A stretch of 51,430 nucleotides of DNA, filler included, from Malassezia furfur (Eukaryota): the NCBI GenBank assembly GCA_052055015.1. It is 2 parts of 2 records of this genome, joined end to end, with 100 filler letters (N's around TTAATTAATTAA, not from the genome) between each part and the next. Parts side by side here need not be neighbours in the genome. Positions count along the whole stretch, not along the records: positions 1 to 25,681 come from JBQJIT010000134.1; positions 25,782 to 51,430 come from JBQJIT010000135.1. One strand, given 5' to 3'. Both the position numbers and the translations under genes were made by a program. Positions 21,546 through 32,726 of this stretch are shown here, in pieces. The notes beneath the pieces were generated by a model. That model did no database searches. It saw nothing but the letters and a program-made list of their open reading frames with translations, and was not told the origin of the DNA. Every line of letters starts with the position of its first letter. Within the stretch, counting starts at the first letter, position 1.

Positions 21546-22612
21546 TTATAGTGCCTGGTCCCTAGATGCGTGCTTGTTTCCTCGAAAGACGCGAAAGTTT
21601 TCGGTCAGCCGCGCGCCCAGCGCAGCAGGGTCTTCTCCGCGAACCTGCGCAATCAGCGCCACCACGTCGTGCACGCTCCGCGCCAGCTCGGCACAGCAGT
21701 TCTGGTCCGACTCGCTCAGCACACGGTCCAGATCGCACGCAGCGATTTGCGCGTCGAGGTTTTTTTGACGGTGGTTGATGGTTCTGCGTCAGAGTGTACA
21801 CGTACAAAGAGAACGAAATGTACACGTTGGGATGCGCCTGCTGCACACCACGGATGCTTTCGGGACTCAGCGTACAGCTGTGCAACACGAGTCCTGTCGT
21901 CAGGGCATCAACATACGGATATCGGCAAACGACTTCTCCTTGCGCATTTCGTCCAGGAAGGCAGTCGTCTGCCCAGCTGCACGGACGCTATGCATGCTGA
22001 CACTGCGACCCAGCGCACAAGCCATCTGCACCTGGGGACGCAGCACCGCGAGCTGGTGGTCAATCGGAGTCTGGAGCCGCGTGAGTTGGCGTCCACCGAC
22101 ACGCGGGTCCGGGATCCGGAAACTGCGGTCGAGTCCGACTTCACCCACGAGGGCTTGGGGGAAGGATTTGAGGTGCGCAGACAGCTGGTCGAGAGCCTCG
22201 CTGAGCGGCGTCGGCGACGGCAAGGCGTCGTACAATGCAGCCGTCTCGTCGTCCTGGGCCTCGCCGAACAGCCGGGCATAATGGGTGCGGGCATCCGGAG
22301 TCTTCTCGAGCGAGAGGGTATGTGCCGCCCATGGATGGTATCCTACTGGTGAGCACATCACTTACCGAAGCAAGGCACGACCTTGCCGTCGTCCACCGTG
22401 CGCGCCAGGTCCGCGACGCGAGGTTGGTCCACCGTGTCCGTGGACATGACGCAGATCTGGCGCAGGTCGACGCGCTTCACCTCCTCAACCCAGTCCTCCC
22501 ATTTCCTTCCATGCCGCAGTTCCTCGGTGGGATGGCAATGCGCTGCGGTGAGCCAGGCACCGTACCCTGCGTCAGTGCGGCGGCCACCTACATCAACCAA
22601 AGTGGAGGTCAT
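21546..22612 (-). CDS. TatD-family metallohydrolase (Scn1/Cut9-interacting type), 5 introns incl. a 1-nt exon
   Basis: Introns 22567-22591, 22543-22565, 22343-22365, 21894-21916, 21784-21805 give LVDAHCHP, FGYHPW, VGEVGLD, SMHSV, LHSC, LSESD. Confidence 0.85.
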
Positions 22613-22758
22613 GCTGGGGAAGAGGGCTCCACATTCGTGGATCTATGTAGTCGCATCAATCCCATACGCGCTGGGGTCGGCGGTCCGAGGCCGCGCCTTC
22701 TGGTGTGCAACGTGGCCCTACTCCGCCATCGAGACGTTGCGGAGCGTGTATTGTCGCG

Positions 22759-24935
22759 ATGGACCAGTCATTGATCAGTGCGTAGTGATGGTCGTGTGGA
22801 GAAAGTGTTACTAACACATGGTCCTTGCGGGCCTGAACAGAGCTTGTTAACAAGGTACGTTGCGCGCCGACTCACCGTCCAGCTACAAGATGCGTTCACC
22901 AACGTACGTACTCACCCACCACTCACGCCAGGTCGGCATCCAAAACCCCATTGATCTGCCGCAGATCACGGTGCTTGGCAGCCAGTCGTCGGGTAAGAGC
23001 AGTGTGTTGGAGAACATCGTCGGGCGGGACTTCCTGCCGCGTGGCACAGGCATTGTGACGCGTCGTCCGCTCGTGCTGCAGCTCATCCACCGCGTGCCGG
23101 ACAGTGGTGAGATTGAGCCGCGTGGCGACAACGCGACGAACCCCAACGAATGGGGCGAGTTCCTGCACCTGCCCGGCGAAAAGTTTTACGACTTTGACAA
23201 GATCCGCGAGGAGATTGTGCGCGACACCGAGGCCAAGACGGGCAAGAACGCGGGAATCAGCTCGGCGCCGATCAACCTGCGCATCTACAGCCCCCATGTG
23301 CTCACCCTTACGCTGGTGGATTTGCCTGGTCTGACCAAAAACCCGGTAGGCGACCAGCCGCGCGACATTGAGCGCCAGATTCGGGATATGGTGTACAAGT
23401 TCATTGCCAAGCCCAACGCGGTGATCCTGGCCGTGACGGCGGCCAACACCGACTTGGCCAACTCGGATGGTCTGAAACTCGCCGCCGAGGTCGACCCCGA
23501 TGGCACGCGCACGGTCGGTGTCCTGACGAAGGTGGACCTGATGGATGCGGGCACCGATGTGGTCGACATTCTGGCGGGCCGTGTCATCCCGCTGCGTCTG
23601 GGCTACGTGCCTGTGGTGAACCGTGGTCAGCGCGACATTGACAACAAGAAGCGCGTCGCGGATGCGCTCGAGGCCGAGCGCAACTTCTTCGAGAGCCACC
23701 CCAGCTACCAGAGCAAGGCGGCCTACTGCGGTACGCCCTTCCTGGCGCGGAAACTCAACACGATCCTCATGCACCACATCCGGAGCACGCTGCCGGACAT
23801 TAAGACCAAGATCCAGACGCAGCTCACCAAGTTCCAGATGGAGCTGCAGGCGCTTGGCGGCTCGCACGGCGAGCAGAACAGCGCCGGTGCTGTACTGTCG
23901 ATCATCACCGACTTCTGCAACGAGTTCCGCACGGTGATCGACGGGAACAGCAACGACCTGAGTGTGAATGAACTAGCGGGCGGTGCGCGTATCAGCTTCG
24001 TGTTCCACGAGCTGTTCAGCAACGGTGTCAAGGCGATCGATCCGTTTGACAACGTCAAGGACGCCGACATCCGCACGATTCTCTACAACTCGTCCGGCTC
24101 GTCGCCGGCGCTGTTCGTGGGGACGACCGCGTTCGAGGTGATTGTCAAACAGCAAATCAAGCGTCTCGAGGACCCGAGCATCAAGTGCTGCTCGCTGGTG
24201 TACGACGAGCTGGTGCGCATCCTGTCGCAGCTGCTCTCGAAGAATGCCGCGTTCCGTCGGTTCCCGGCGCTGCGCGAGCGCTTCAATCTGGTGGTGATCC
24301 AGTTCTTCAAGCGGTGCATGGCGCCGACGACCAAGCTGGTGAGCGACATCATCGCGTCGGAGGCATGCTACCTGAACACGGGCCACCCCGACTTCTTGTC
24401 GGGCCACAAAGCCCTAGCGATTGTGAGCGAGCGTCTGAATGCGTCGCAGAACACTGCCGCACCCACGCCCGAGTACCGCAGCGGGCGCCCTATCCCGCCG
24501 GGCCTGGCGAACAACAACAAGGACTTGGACGTGGACATCAAGGAGTCGGGCGGCTTCTTTGGTTCCTTCTTCCCGAACAAGAACCGCTCGGCCGCGAAAA
24601 AGGGCGCGATGGAGGCGCCGCCGCCGAGCCTGAAGGCCTCGGGCACGCTCACCGACCGCGAGGCGATGGAGACGGATGTGATCAAGCTGCTGATTACGTC
24701 CTACTTCAACATTACGAAGCGGACGGTGATCGACATGATCCCCAAGGCGATCATGCTCAACCTCGTGAGTCACGCCAAGGACTCGATGCAGCGCGAGCTG
24801 CTCCAGGAGCTGTACCAGCCCGAGGTGCTCAAGGACCTCATGAAGGAGTCGGACCACGTCATCGCGCGCCGCCGCGAGTGTGTCAAGATGATTGCGGCGC
24901 TCGAGAGCGCCTCGGAAATAGTCGCGACGGTGTAG
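22759..24935 (+). CDS. VPS1: Dynamin-like GTPase Vps1, 3 introns with 14- and 21-nt microexons
   Basis: Splicing 22778-22840, 22855-22882, 22904-22931 gives [49 protein letters not shown] domain. Confidence 0.95.
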
Positions 24936-25038
24936 CGGGGAAGCCCAGACGAGCGAATGTGCCACGTGACATGTCCACGAGGACCGGCCGTGGGGTCGCG
25001 CAGTTCTCCTGCCACGAAGAGTAGTGTGCTTGTGTAAG

Positions 25039-25681
25039 ATGTCTCAGACGAACGGTGTTGCAAATGGCGTGCCGGGCGCGCAGGTGCCGAACAAAGCATC
25101 GGAGATCGGATGGACGTTTGTGCCCCAGTACTACACGTGCATGAACCAGGATCCGTCGCGCCTGCACTGCTTCTACACGAAGAAGAGCACGCTGGTGCAT
25201 GCCGACGAGAAGGAGGATGCGCAGCCGAGCTTCGGCCAGCAGGAAATCCACCAGCGCCTGCAGGCGCTCAACTTCGAGAATACCAAGGTATACGTGTCCA
25301 CCGTCGACAGCCAGGCCTCTGCCGACGGCGGCATCATCATCCAGGTCATTGGCGAGCTGTCCAACCGCGGCGGCAACTGGCGTAAGTTCTCGCAGACCTT
25401 CTTCCTTGCGCAGCAGCCGAACGGCTACTATGTGCTCAACGATATCTTCCGCTACCTCTCGGATGACGACGACGACGAGAGCACCGCGGCCGACGAGGCA
25501 CAGCCTGTTGCGGAGCAGCCCGTGCACGACACGACGCCGGCCGTGCCGCAGCCTGCCCAGGGGGTGCCCACACCCGCTGCGGCCGCCGCAGTGCCGGAAT
25601 CCAAGCCCGCGCCCGCGATCCCGGAGGCTGCGTCGGCCCCGGCGCAGGTCGCGGCCGCGGCACCCGCCGCAGACGCTGCAG
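25039..25681 (+). CDS. NTF2-like domain protein G3BP/Nxt3/Bre5 (truncated by gap)
   Basis: EIGWTFVPQYY, GQQEIH, IIIQVIGELSN, KFSQTFFLA, GYYVLNDIFRYL followed by Pro/Ala-rich linker. Confidence 0.9.
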
Positions 25682-25781
25682 NNNNNNNNNNNNNNNNNNN
25701 NNNNNNNNNNNNNNNNNNNNNNNNNTTAATTAATTAANNNNNNNNNNNNNNNNNNNNNNNNNNNNNNNNNNNNNNNNNNNN
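25682..25781. other. Artificial contig-joining linker N44-TTAATTAATTAA-N44
   Basis: Exactly 100 nt with a central six-frame stop spacer; assembly artefact. Confidence 0.95.
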
Positions 25782-26027
25782 GGCGCCAGCGGCGGCGGGC
25801 GCGGGCGGCGGCGGCGACGCGGGCACGGGTGTGTCGATGGACGACGAGGCGGCCGAGTGCCGGTCCTCGGCGAGCTGGGCGTCGCTGATCGCACGGGCGG
25901 CGCGCGTGACGCTGCCGTGCTCGACGTCGAGCATCACGCGGAGCATCTCGTCGTCCGGCTGCTGCATCGGCGGGACGCCGCGCAGGGCGAGCTCTGCACG
26001 GAGCGCCTCGACCGGATCCACGTCCAT
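25782..26027 (-). CDS. Unknown protein, N-terminal fragment (CUE-like helical start), truncated by gap
   Basis: ATG 26027; PDDEMLRVMLDVEHGSVTRAARAI loosely CUE-like. Confidence 0.45.
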
Positions 26028-26120
26028 CGGCGGTGTGGGGCAACTACGGAGGGCGCCGCTACGTGCGGGCGCGCCTGGGGCGCCGGCGTCCCCTCGGCCG
26101 AGCGGGTGCGCCGTGCGCGC

Positions 26121-28495
26121 TCAGGCCGCCTTGCTCGCCTGGGCGAGGTAGGTGGTGCCCACGTCGCTCGCCGCGTCCCAGAAGCGCTCGTCGACCGGCG
26201 GGCGCTCAGGCGCATACGGCTTCTCGGCGTCGACGTGCTTGTGTGGCTCGCGCGTGCGCTCAAGGCGCTCGACAAGCGACACACGGTTCTCGTACTGCAT
26301 GCGGCGCACCGCACGTTCCTCGGCGCTGTCGCGCCAGACGATGCGCGTCAAAACGTGGTGCACCACCATGGCCAGCACCTGGTACGCCTGCTCACACACG
26401 AGCGCCACGAGAAACGACGACACCAGCGCGCGCGCCGCGGGGCCGTCGGGCAGCAGGCCGGGCAGCAATGCCGCGCACCCGGCCTTGGGCGCCGCTGCGG
26501 AACCGGCGACGCGCAGTGTCGTGTGCACGGCGCGCTTCAGCCCGGCGCCCTTGTGCTGCGCCTCAAACAGGTACACGAGCGACGCGTTCGTAAACACGCC
26601 GACGCGCACGAGACTCGCCAACACCTCGAGCCATGAGCCGATCGTTTCGGTGCGCACCGGCACGGGGCGGCGCATGTTGACGACGATCTTGTACGCGTCC
26701 GAGCGCAGCTCGAACCAGTTGTTCACGTAGCCCATCACCGGCGCGAGCGGCCAGATGGTCGACCAGAGCGCGATCGTGCCGAACTGCGTGCCCATCTCGG
26801 CGTAGTCCACAAACAGGTCGTACGTCGGCAGCGCAAACTCGGCGCCGACGCGCTGCAGGAACGTGCGCTCCGCCTGGTCGCTCGCAAACGACACGCGGTG
26901 CGCCGAGCGCGTGCGCCGCCGGCCCGCCCAGTACGCCGCCGCGCGCGCTTTCCAGCGCACCAGCGCACGCAGCACAATCGGCACCAGCACCTCGGACACG
27001 GTGTTCATCACCTGCCCCGTGACGCACAGCGCAAAGAGCTGGTCGTGCAGGCGCGCGGGGTGCACGGTAAAGTGCAGCTGCGCGGGCATCTGGAAGTGTG
27101 GCTGCCGCGACAGCAGCTGGAAGGCGCGCGTGAGGTAGCCGCGGGCAAACAGCGCCTGCATCAGCCGCTCGCCAAACGGAATGTACACGTAGGCAGTGAG
27201 CACCAGACCGCCGTACGCCACGAGCGACTGCAGCCCAAAGATCTTCAGCGTGAGGCTCGCGTTGTACGAGCGCACCGTCGCATGGTTCTCGTAGTCGGTC
27301 AGCAGGCGCGCGACCGCCTGCCACGCCGCCTGCAGCGCGGGGATGCACGTCGAGAAGAGGATCGTCGGCACGAGCGGCACAATGTGCTGCCCCGGGCCGT
27401 CGTACACCTCGGCGACGATCACCTCGATGAAGAAGATCACCGTCAGCGCCGAAAAGAGCAGCACGACAAACACCGCGACGACCGGCAGGCTCGCCATCAC
27501 GACACGCAGCTCGCGGCGCCACCACTCAAACACCTCCACTTGCTCGCCGGTGACCGCGTCGCGCTCCACGGTGCGCGGGCGGAACGCGGCGCGCGGCTCG
27601 GCGACGTTGCGCACGCCCGTCGTGCCCCAGCGCACCGCGTACCGCCGCTCGCGCAGGCGCCACACCTCGACAAACATGCACGCCCACACCGTCAGGGCCA
27701 CCGAGTACGCGGGGTTGTACAGCTCGCTGCACACAAAGAAGACGAGGCCGAGCATCGCCGCAGGCGCGAGCGCCATAAAGTAGGTGTTCAGAAACGCGAA
27801 GTAGAGCGCAATCTGCTCGCCAAAGTGGAAGCGCAGCCGGTCGATCTCGTCGTCGCTGATGCCCAGCATCACCGAGCGCAGCGACACATTCGCCCACGCC
27901 TTGATCCACGCCGCATCAAACACACGGTCGTGCACGGGCATCATGTCCACCAGGTGCGGGAACGGCGCATGCCGCAGCGTCAGCCCCGCACCCCCTAGCT
28001 CATCGCGCCGGCCCTGCAGGCGGTCGCGGGGCATCGCCGTCAGCAGATGGTGCACGTAGCGCACGCGGTCCGCTGGCGAAATCACCCCACCGTCGTCGGT
28101 GTACACGGCACCGAATGTGTACCGCTTGGACGCCTCGTGCAGCCCGCTCACTTCCACCACGCCCGACAGAAAGTCGTGCACGCTGCGTCAGATCGGGCTC
28201 GGCGCACGTACCGCTCGCGCTCACGCACGTCCACCAGCACGTCGTCCGGCGCATTCACAAACACCCACAGGTGGCTCGCGTCGTTCGGCGCGACGCGCGA
28301 CGTGACACGCAGACGCTGCGCACGGATCGTGCGCACCAGCGCCTCCAGCTCTGCCGTGCGCGCCTCGACGACGTCGCGCGGCATGCGCTTCGCGTCCCCG
28401 TGGTACTCGGGTGGAATCGCCTCAAATTTCAACACATAATCTACGAGCGGCTCGCTCAGCACCTCGCGCTCGCGCGCGCGCCCCGCCCAGCTCAT
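26121..28495 (-). CDS. IST2: Anoctamin/TMEM16 lipid scramblase-channel (Ist2-like), 1 intron (28183-28211)
   Basis: FHFGEQIALYFAFL, LTDYENH, DYAEMGTQFG, WPLAP..NNWFELRSDA, IGSWLEVL. Confidence 0.92.
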
Positions 28496-28549
28496 GGCGC
28501 AACGCACGGCCGCGCCCGGCCCCCAACCCTCCTCCCCCGACCGCCCAGA

Positions 28550-30258
28550 TCACGTGCGGTCTGGGCGAGGGGCGGTGCGCTGCACGTCTGCCTCGCCGTG
28601 GGCGCGCAGGCGCCGCAGCGCCGCGGCAGGCTTGGCGAGCAGGTCGAGGCGCTCTGTGGCGACCTGGCTGCTCTTGTCGACATGCGGGTGATGTGGGTTG
28701 ATCTGCTCGTCTGGCGGCTGCTCTCCATGCACCGCGCGGGAAAAGGGCTGCGCGGGGCGTTCGTAGACCTTCACCTCGCCGTTCGCCTCCGACTTTTCCA
28801 AGTCCTCGGACAGCGGCTCCTTGTCGGCGAAGAGCGATGCAAAAAAATCGCGCCAGCTGTGCTGCTCGTGCTCGGACACGGGTGCGGTACGCGTGCGGGT
28901 GACGGTCAGGGTGCGCGTCTGCCGGACGACGTGCGGACCAAAGTAGACGATCGGCACCGTGATGCCATGCGTGAGCACCGACGAGAACACGCAGAACAGC
29001 ACGACAGGTGCCACGACGCGGCGCAGGTGGTTGCGTGTGCCGTCGTCGGGCACCTTGCGGATGGCCACCTCGATGTAGTACACGGCGCCGACGCCGATCG
29101 GGCCAAACCACCCCGCAAAGCACGCCTCCTTCCAGGTGCGCAGCGTGGGGATGATCTTGTACGTGAGCATCACCCACGGCAGGCGGCGGAAGAGGATCAC
29201 GAGGATACCCAGCACCACGACGCGCCACCCATTCATCCCGATCGCCATGTCGCTGTAGTCTTGCCATGGGATGATCATGCCAATGTACAAAAAGATGGCC
29301 GTATTGAACAGCATGTCCAGAATCTCTTGGAAGTCGGTCTCCTCCTGTCGCAGGCGGAACCAGTCGTCCCACGTGAAGCTGTTGCCCGCCACAAAGCACG
29401 CCAAAATGTCGTCCGTGCCAAACAGACCCGCCGTCCCCAGCGTGAACATGGCGAGCGCAAAGCCGTAGCTGAAGAAGTTGTGCATGTCGATCAGTTTGTG
29501 CTCCGCGGCCCAGCGCAGCACCTTGCGTGCCAGATAGCCCAGCAGCGCGCCGTACACACACGACAGCAGGATTTGGTACACAATCACGCTGTAGAACCAG
29601 CGCCAGACCTCGTCGCCGACCGACTCGCCGTAGTCGGAGTGCGTGCGTGCCAGCAGGTACACGGCCAGGAACAAAAAGGGGAAGCCCAGCCCGTCGTTTG
29701 CGCCGCTCTCGGCCAGGATAATGTGCCGCACACGCTCCTCGACGTGCTCCTCCGCAAACCGACCCGAAGTGATCGAGTTGGCCAGCACAGGGTCGGTCGG
29801 CGTGACGGCAGCGGCGATGCACAGCGCCTCTAGGTACGACAGGTCCTTGATCATCGCCCAGACAAACAGCGCCGTGGTGAACCACGCGGCGGTCATCACC
29901 ATGAGGAGCAGCACCGTCAAACTGTACCTTTTCTTCCAGAGGTACTTTTCCGGCAAGCTGATCCCGGTAAACAGCACCTGGACGCCAATCACCAGTCGCG
30001 CGAGCTGGTAGGTGACCTCGTTCGTGTCCTCCTCACTGCCCCACGAAAACGGGTCGACCCAGTTCAGGACGTGCGGGCCGGCCAAAATGCTGCATGAGAC
30101 GTCACAACGTACCCGACCGTCGTGGCGAGCAGCGGCTCCGAGAGGTAGAGTCGCTCTTTCACCACATAACTAAACAGACCATAGAATACAATGAACCCGC
30201 CCATGATGGCGAGCCCCTTGGAGACCTGCGAGAGCTCGGTCTCGATAATGTCCAACAT
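28550..30258 (-). CDS. NHA1: Plasma-membrane Na+(K+)/H+ antiporter (CPA1), 1 intron (30090-30112)
   Basis: VKERLYLSE, TPTDPVLA, AESGANDGLGFPF, GTDDILACF, FAGWFGPIGVGA. Confidence 0.92.
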
Positions 30259-30648
30259 CAGAAGAAATCACAGGCGCGCCTGTGTAGAACGTGTGTTATT
30301 GAGTGGGAAGTCAGGAACGAGAAGGATGCGCTGTGCTGCAGAGAATGTTCATAGAAGGAGCAAGGCACGACTGGAACTGCAACGCGTGTCCAGCCAACGC
30401 GGTCGTCGACGTCTATGTTGCTCTATCGCGCGCGACGCACGCAAGATTCGGTGTGTCGCTGACTAATGTGGGCCGGCGTCGCAAGCACACAGCGTGCGCG
30501 TGTGCAAAGAAGGACGCCGTGCCGTCACTCTTCTCATCGAATGAGGCCCCCAGCGGTGGAAATGCACGCTGCAGACTAATTTGGATGAGGTCCTGACGCG
30601 AGACTGACACACAAACGACACACCAGGCATGGTTTTCCAAAAGGTTCA

Positions 30649-31621
30649 TTAGCGCAGAGCCCACCTGCGTCAGTCGCCCCACGCACATCTGTACATCAAA
30701 CAGCTCCTCGGGGAAGCCGAGCTGGACCTCGTAGTGAACCACCTCGAGCTTGGCCGCAGCAAAGAGGCGCTCATAGAGCTTGCGCGAGCTGAAATGAGCT
30801 CATCCAACGTACCGCGTCACCGAAAAGTCCTCCTCGTCGTACCACGTCGCCTCGGTGCCGTCCTCACTGTCGCGACACATGTTTTCCTTCACCACAATTA
30901 CGCCGCCGGGGTATGCGTCCTCGCCGCTGCCCGACGGTGGACGCAGCGCCTTTTGTGCCTCTTCCAGGAACGCAAGCAGATCCTTCTCAGACAGGTGCTG
31001 AAGACACCACTGGCACCAAATGACGTCGTATTGCACGAGCTCGTCCATCGATGGCGGCGCCTCGCCGTTCATGATGGTCGGCGCAAGCTGCAGCGACTCA
31101 TCCTTCACCGCCGTATACGGACGCGCAATCGGAAAGCCCTGCAGCGGCGAGGTGTGGAAGAAGGCTGCTTTCTTCGCGTGGAACGGCGAGGTCGCCTCAG
31201 TCTGTTTAAGCGGTGCCCAGTTGGGCGAGTTGCGCTTCGCCTCCTGGAGGAACTTGTGCACCGGTTCGACGAGATGCACCTCGTCGACGAGCGGCAGCAA
31301 ACTGTGCTCCGACACGCGGCCAATGCCTGCGCCACAATCGAGTGCCCTCGTGACCGTCTTACCCGGCCCACCGCGCTGCTCGATGCGGTGCGCGAGCCAC
31401 TCCTGCGGCGTACCGTTGTAGGAGCACGGCGCAGTGCTGCTCAGCGACGGCAGCACACGAAGAAGAAAAGTACGCGAGCCAAGTGCATCGATGCGCGGCA
31501 GCGTGCCGTTTCCGAACCCGCCGAGCACACCGTCGACGGTCGCAGGCACACTTTCCCAATACTCAATTCCCTTGGCTACATCCGGTGTCGGATGCACCAC
31601 GCGCACCACATTCGCCGTCAT
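30649..31621 (-). CDS. TAE1: Alpha-N-terminal protein methyltransferase, 2 introns (30789-30812, 30665-30686)
   Basis: YWESVPATVDGVLGGFG, ALDCGAGIGRV, YDVIWCQWC, KEN, DFSVTR, spliced end GFPEELFDVQMWALR*. Confidence 0.92.
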
Positions 31622-31650
31622 CGACGAAAAAGGTGGAGGGGCGTCCTAGT

Positions 31651-32685
31651 CTATTCGGCCCACTCACGGAGCATCGCATTAAAGCGCTCGGGGAACTGGG
31701 CGTGCAGCGCGTGGCCGCCGCCGGCCCACTCGACGTACTCAGCATTGGCCATCTGGTCACGCATGTAGCGCGAGTGGCTCGTGTGCACCAGCTGGTCCCA
31801 GTCGCCGGTCATGATGCGGATTTTTGGGATGTCGGCGTTGATGCGTGCGAGCGCCTCGGGCGGCACCTTGTGCGTGAGCGCGGCCGAGATCTGCGACAGC
31901 GCACCATGCCCCGTGGGGCGCCGCGCAAACCCAAAGCGCCACATGAACAGTGGGCGCGTCACGTCGCGGTTCGTGCGCGTGGGGTCCCGAGCGCTCTTCG
32001 CATCAAGCCATTCAGATGGGAAGAGCACGTCGATCATGCGGTGCACGCGGCCCTCGGGCGTGCCGTAGCCAAAAATCTGCTCTGAAATTCCCGAGGAAAT
32101 CGCCTTGAGGCCCAGGTAGGGCGGCAGGTTATGCTTCTCGCCGGCGGTGGTGCTCAGAAGAAGTAGGGTACAGAACAGCTTGGGCTCCTTCCGCGCGAGC
32201 TCGAGGGCGATCATGCCGCCCATCGACACGCCGATCAGGTTGATGCTGCGCTCCTGCGTCCAGCCAATGTGCTCAAAGACCTCGAGCACGTCCAGCGCGA
32301 AATCGCTCGTCCGGTAGCGCGTCTTGGGCGCGTCCGTGTTGCCATAACCCCGGTTGTCCAGCACCAGCACCGAGAACTCGGGGTCGGAGCCAAACTCTTC
32401 CACCTGGTCGAGCCAGCCAAAGCACGAGTTGTTCAGGCCCATGATGAATGCAAGTCGCTTGGGGCCCTTGCCGTGCAGCTCATAGTATATGTCGAAGCCC
32501 GGCTTGCCGTCCATGGAATGTTTGGCATCCACACGGTCCTTGGCGATGCGCAGCGGCCCTTTGGAGACCAGCGTCGCCGGGTTGAACACAGACGGCTTGT
32601 ATGCATCGCCCGCGTCGATGCGTGCGCGCTCGAGCAATTCCGCCGTCGCACCTTTGTAGGCAGCCCCGACTGGAATTGTGCTCAT
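31651..32685 (-). CDS. Alpha/beta hydrolase
   Basis: IYYELHGKGP, LDNRGYGNTD, nucleophile elbow GVSMGG, GDWD, GGGH. Confidence 0.9.
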   Translation of the reverse strand: MSTIPVGAAYKGATAELLERARIDAGDAYKPSVFNPATLVSKGPLRIAKDRVDAKHSMDGKPGFDIYYELHGKGPKRLAFIMGLNNSCFGWLDQVEEFGSDPEFSVLVLDNRGYGNTDAPKTRYRTSDFALDVLEVFEHIGWTQERSINLIGVSMGGMIALELARKEPKLFCTLLLLSTTAGEKHNLPPYLGLKAISSGISEQIFGYGTPEGRVHRMIDVLFPSEWLDAKSARDPTRTNRDVTRPLFMWRFGFARRPTGHGALSQISAALTHKVPPEALARINADIPKIRIMTGDWDQLVHTSHSRYMRDQMANAEYVEWAGGGHALHAQFPERFNAMLREWAE

Positions 32686-32726
32686 GTTGTGGAGTAAAGC
32701 GGAGTTCACGCACGACCCCATTCGCC

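Noticed and set aside
22778..22840. GTGATGG...CTGA in VPS1 intron 1 as a possible C/D snoRNA
   Set aside because: Degenerate box C, too short, spans the branch point, no rRNA complement recognised
25682..25781. TTAATTAATTAA palindrome within N runs
   Set aside because: Six-frame-stop assembly linker, not biology; adjacency across it is unproven
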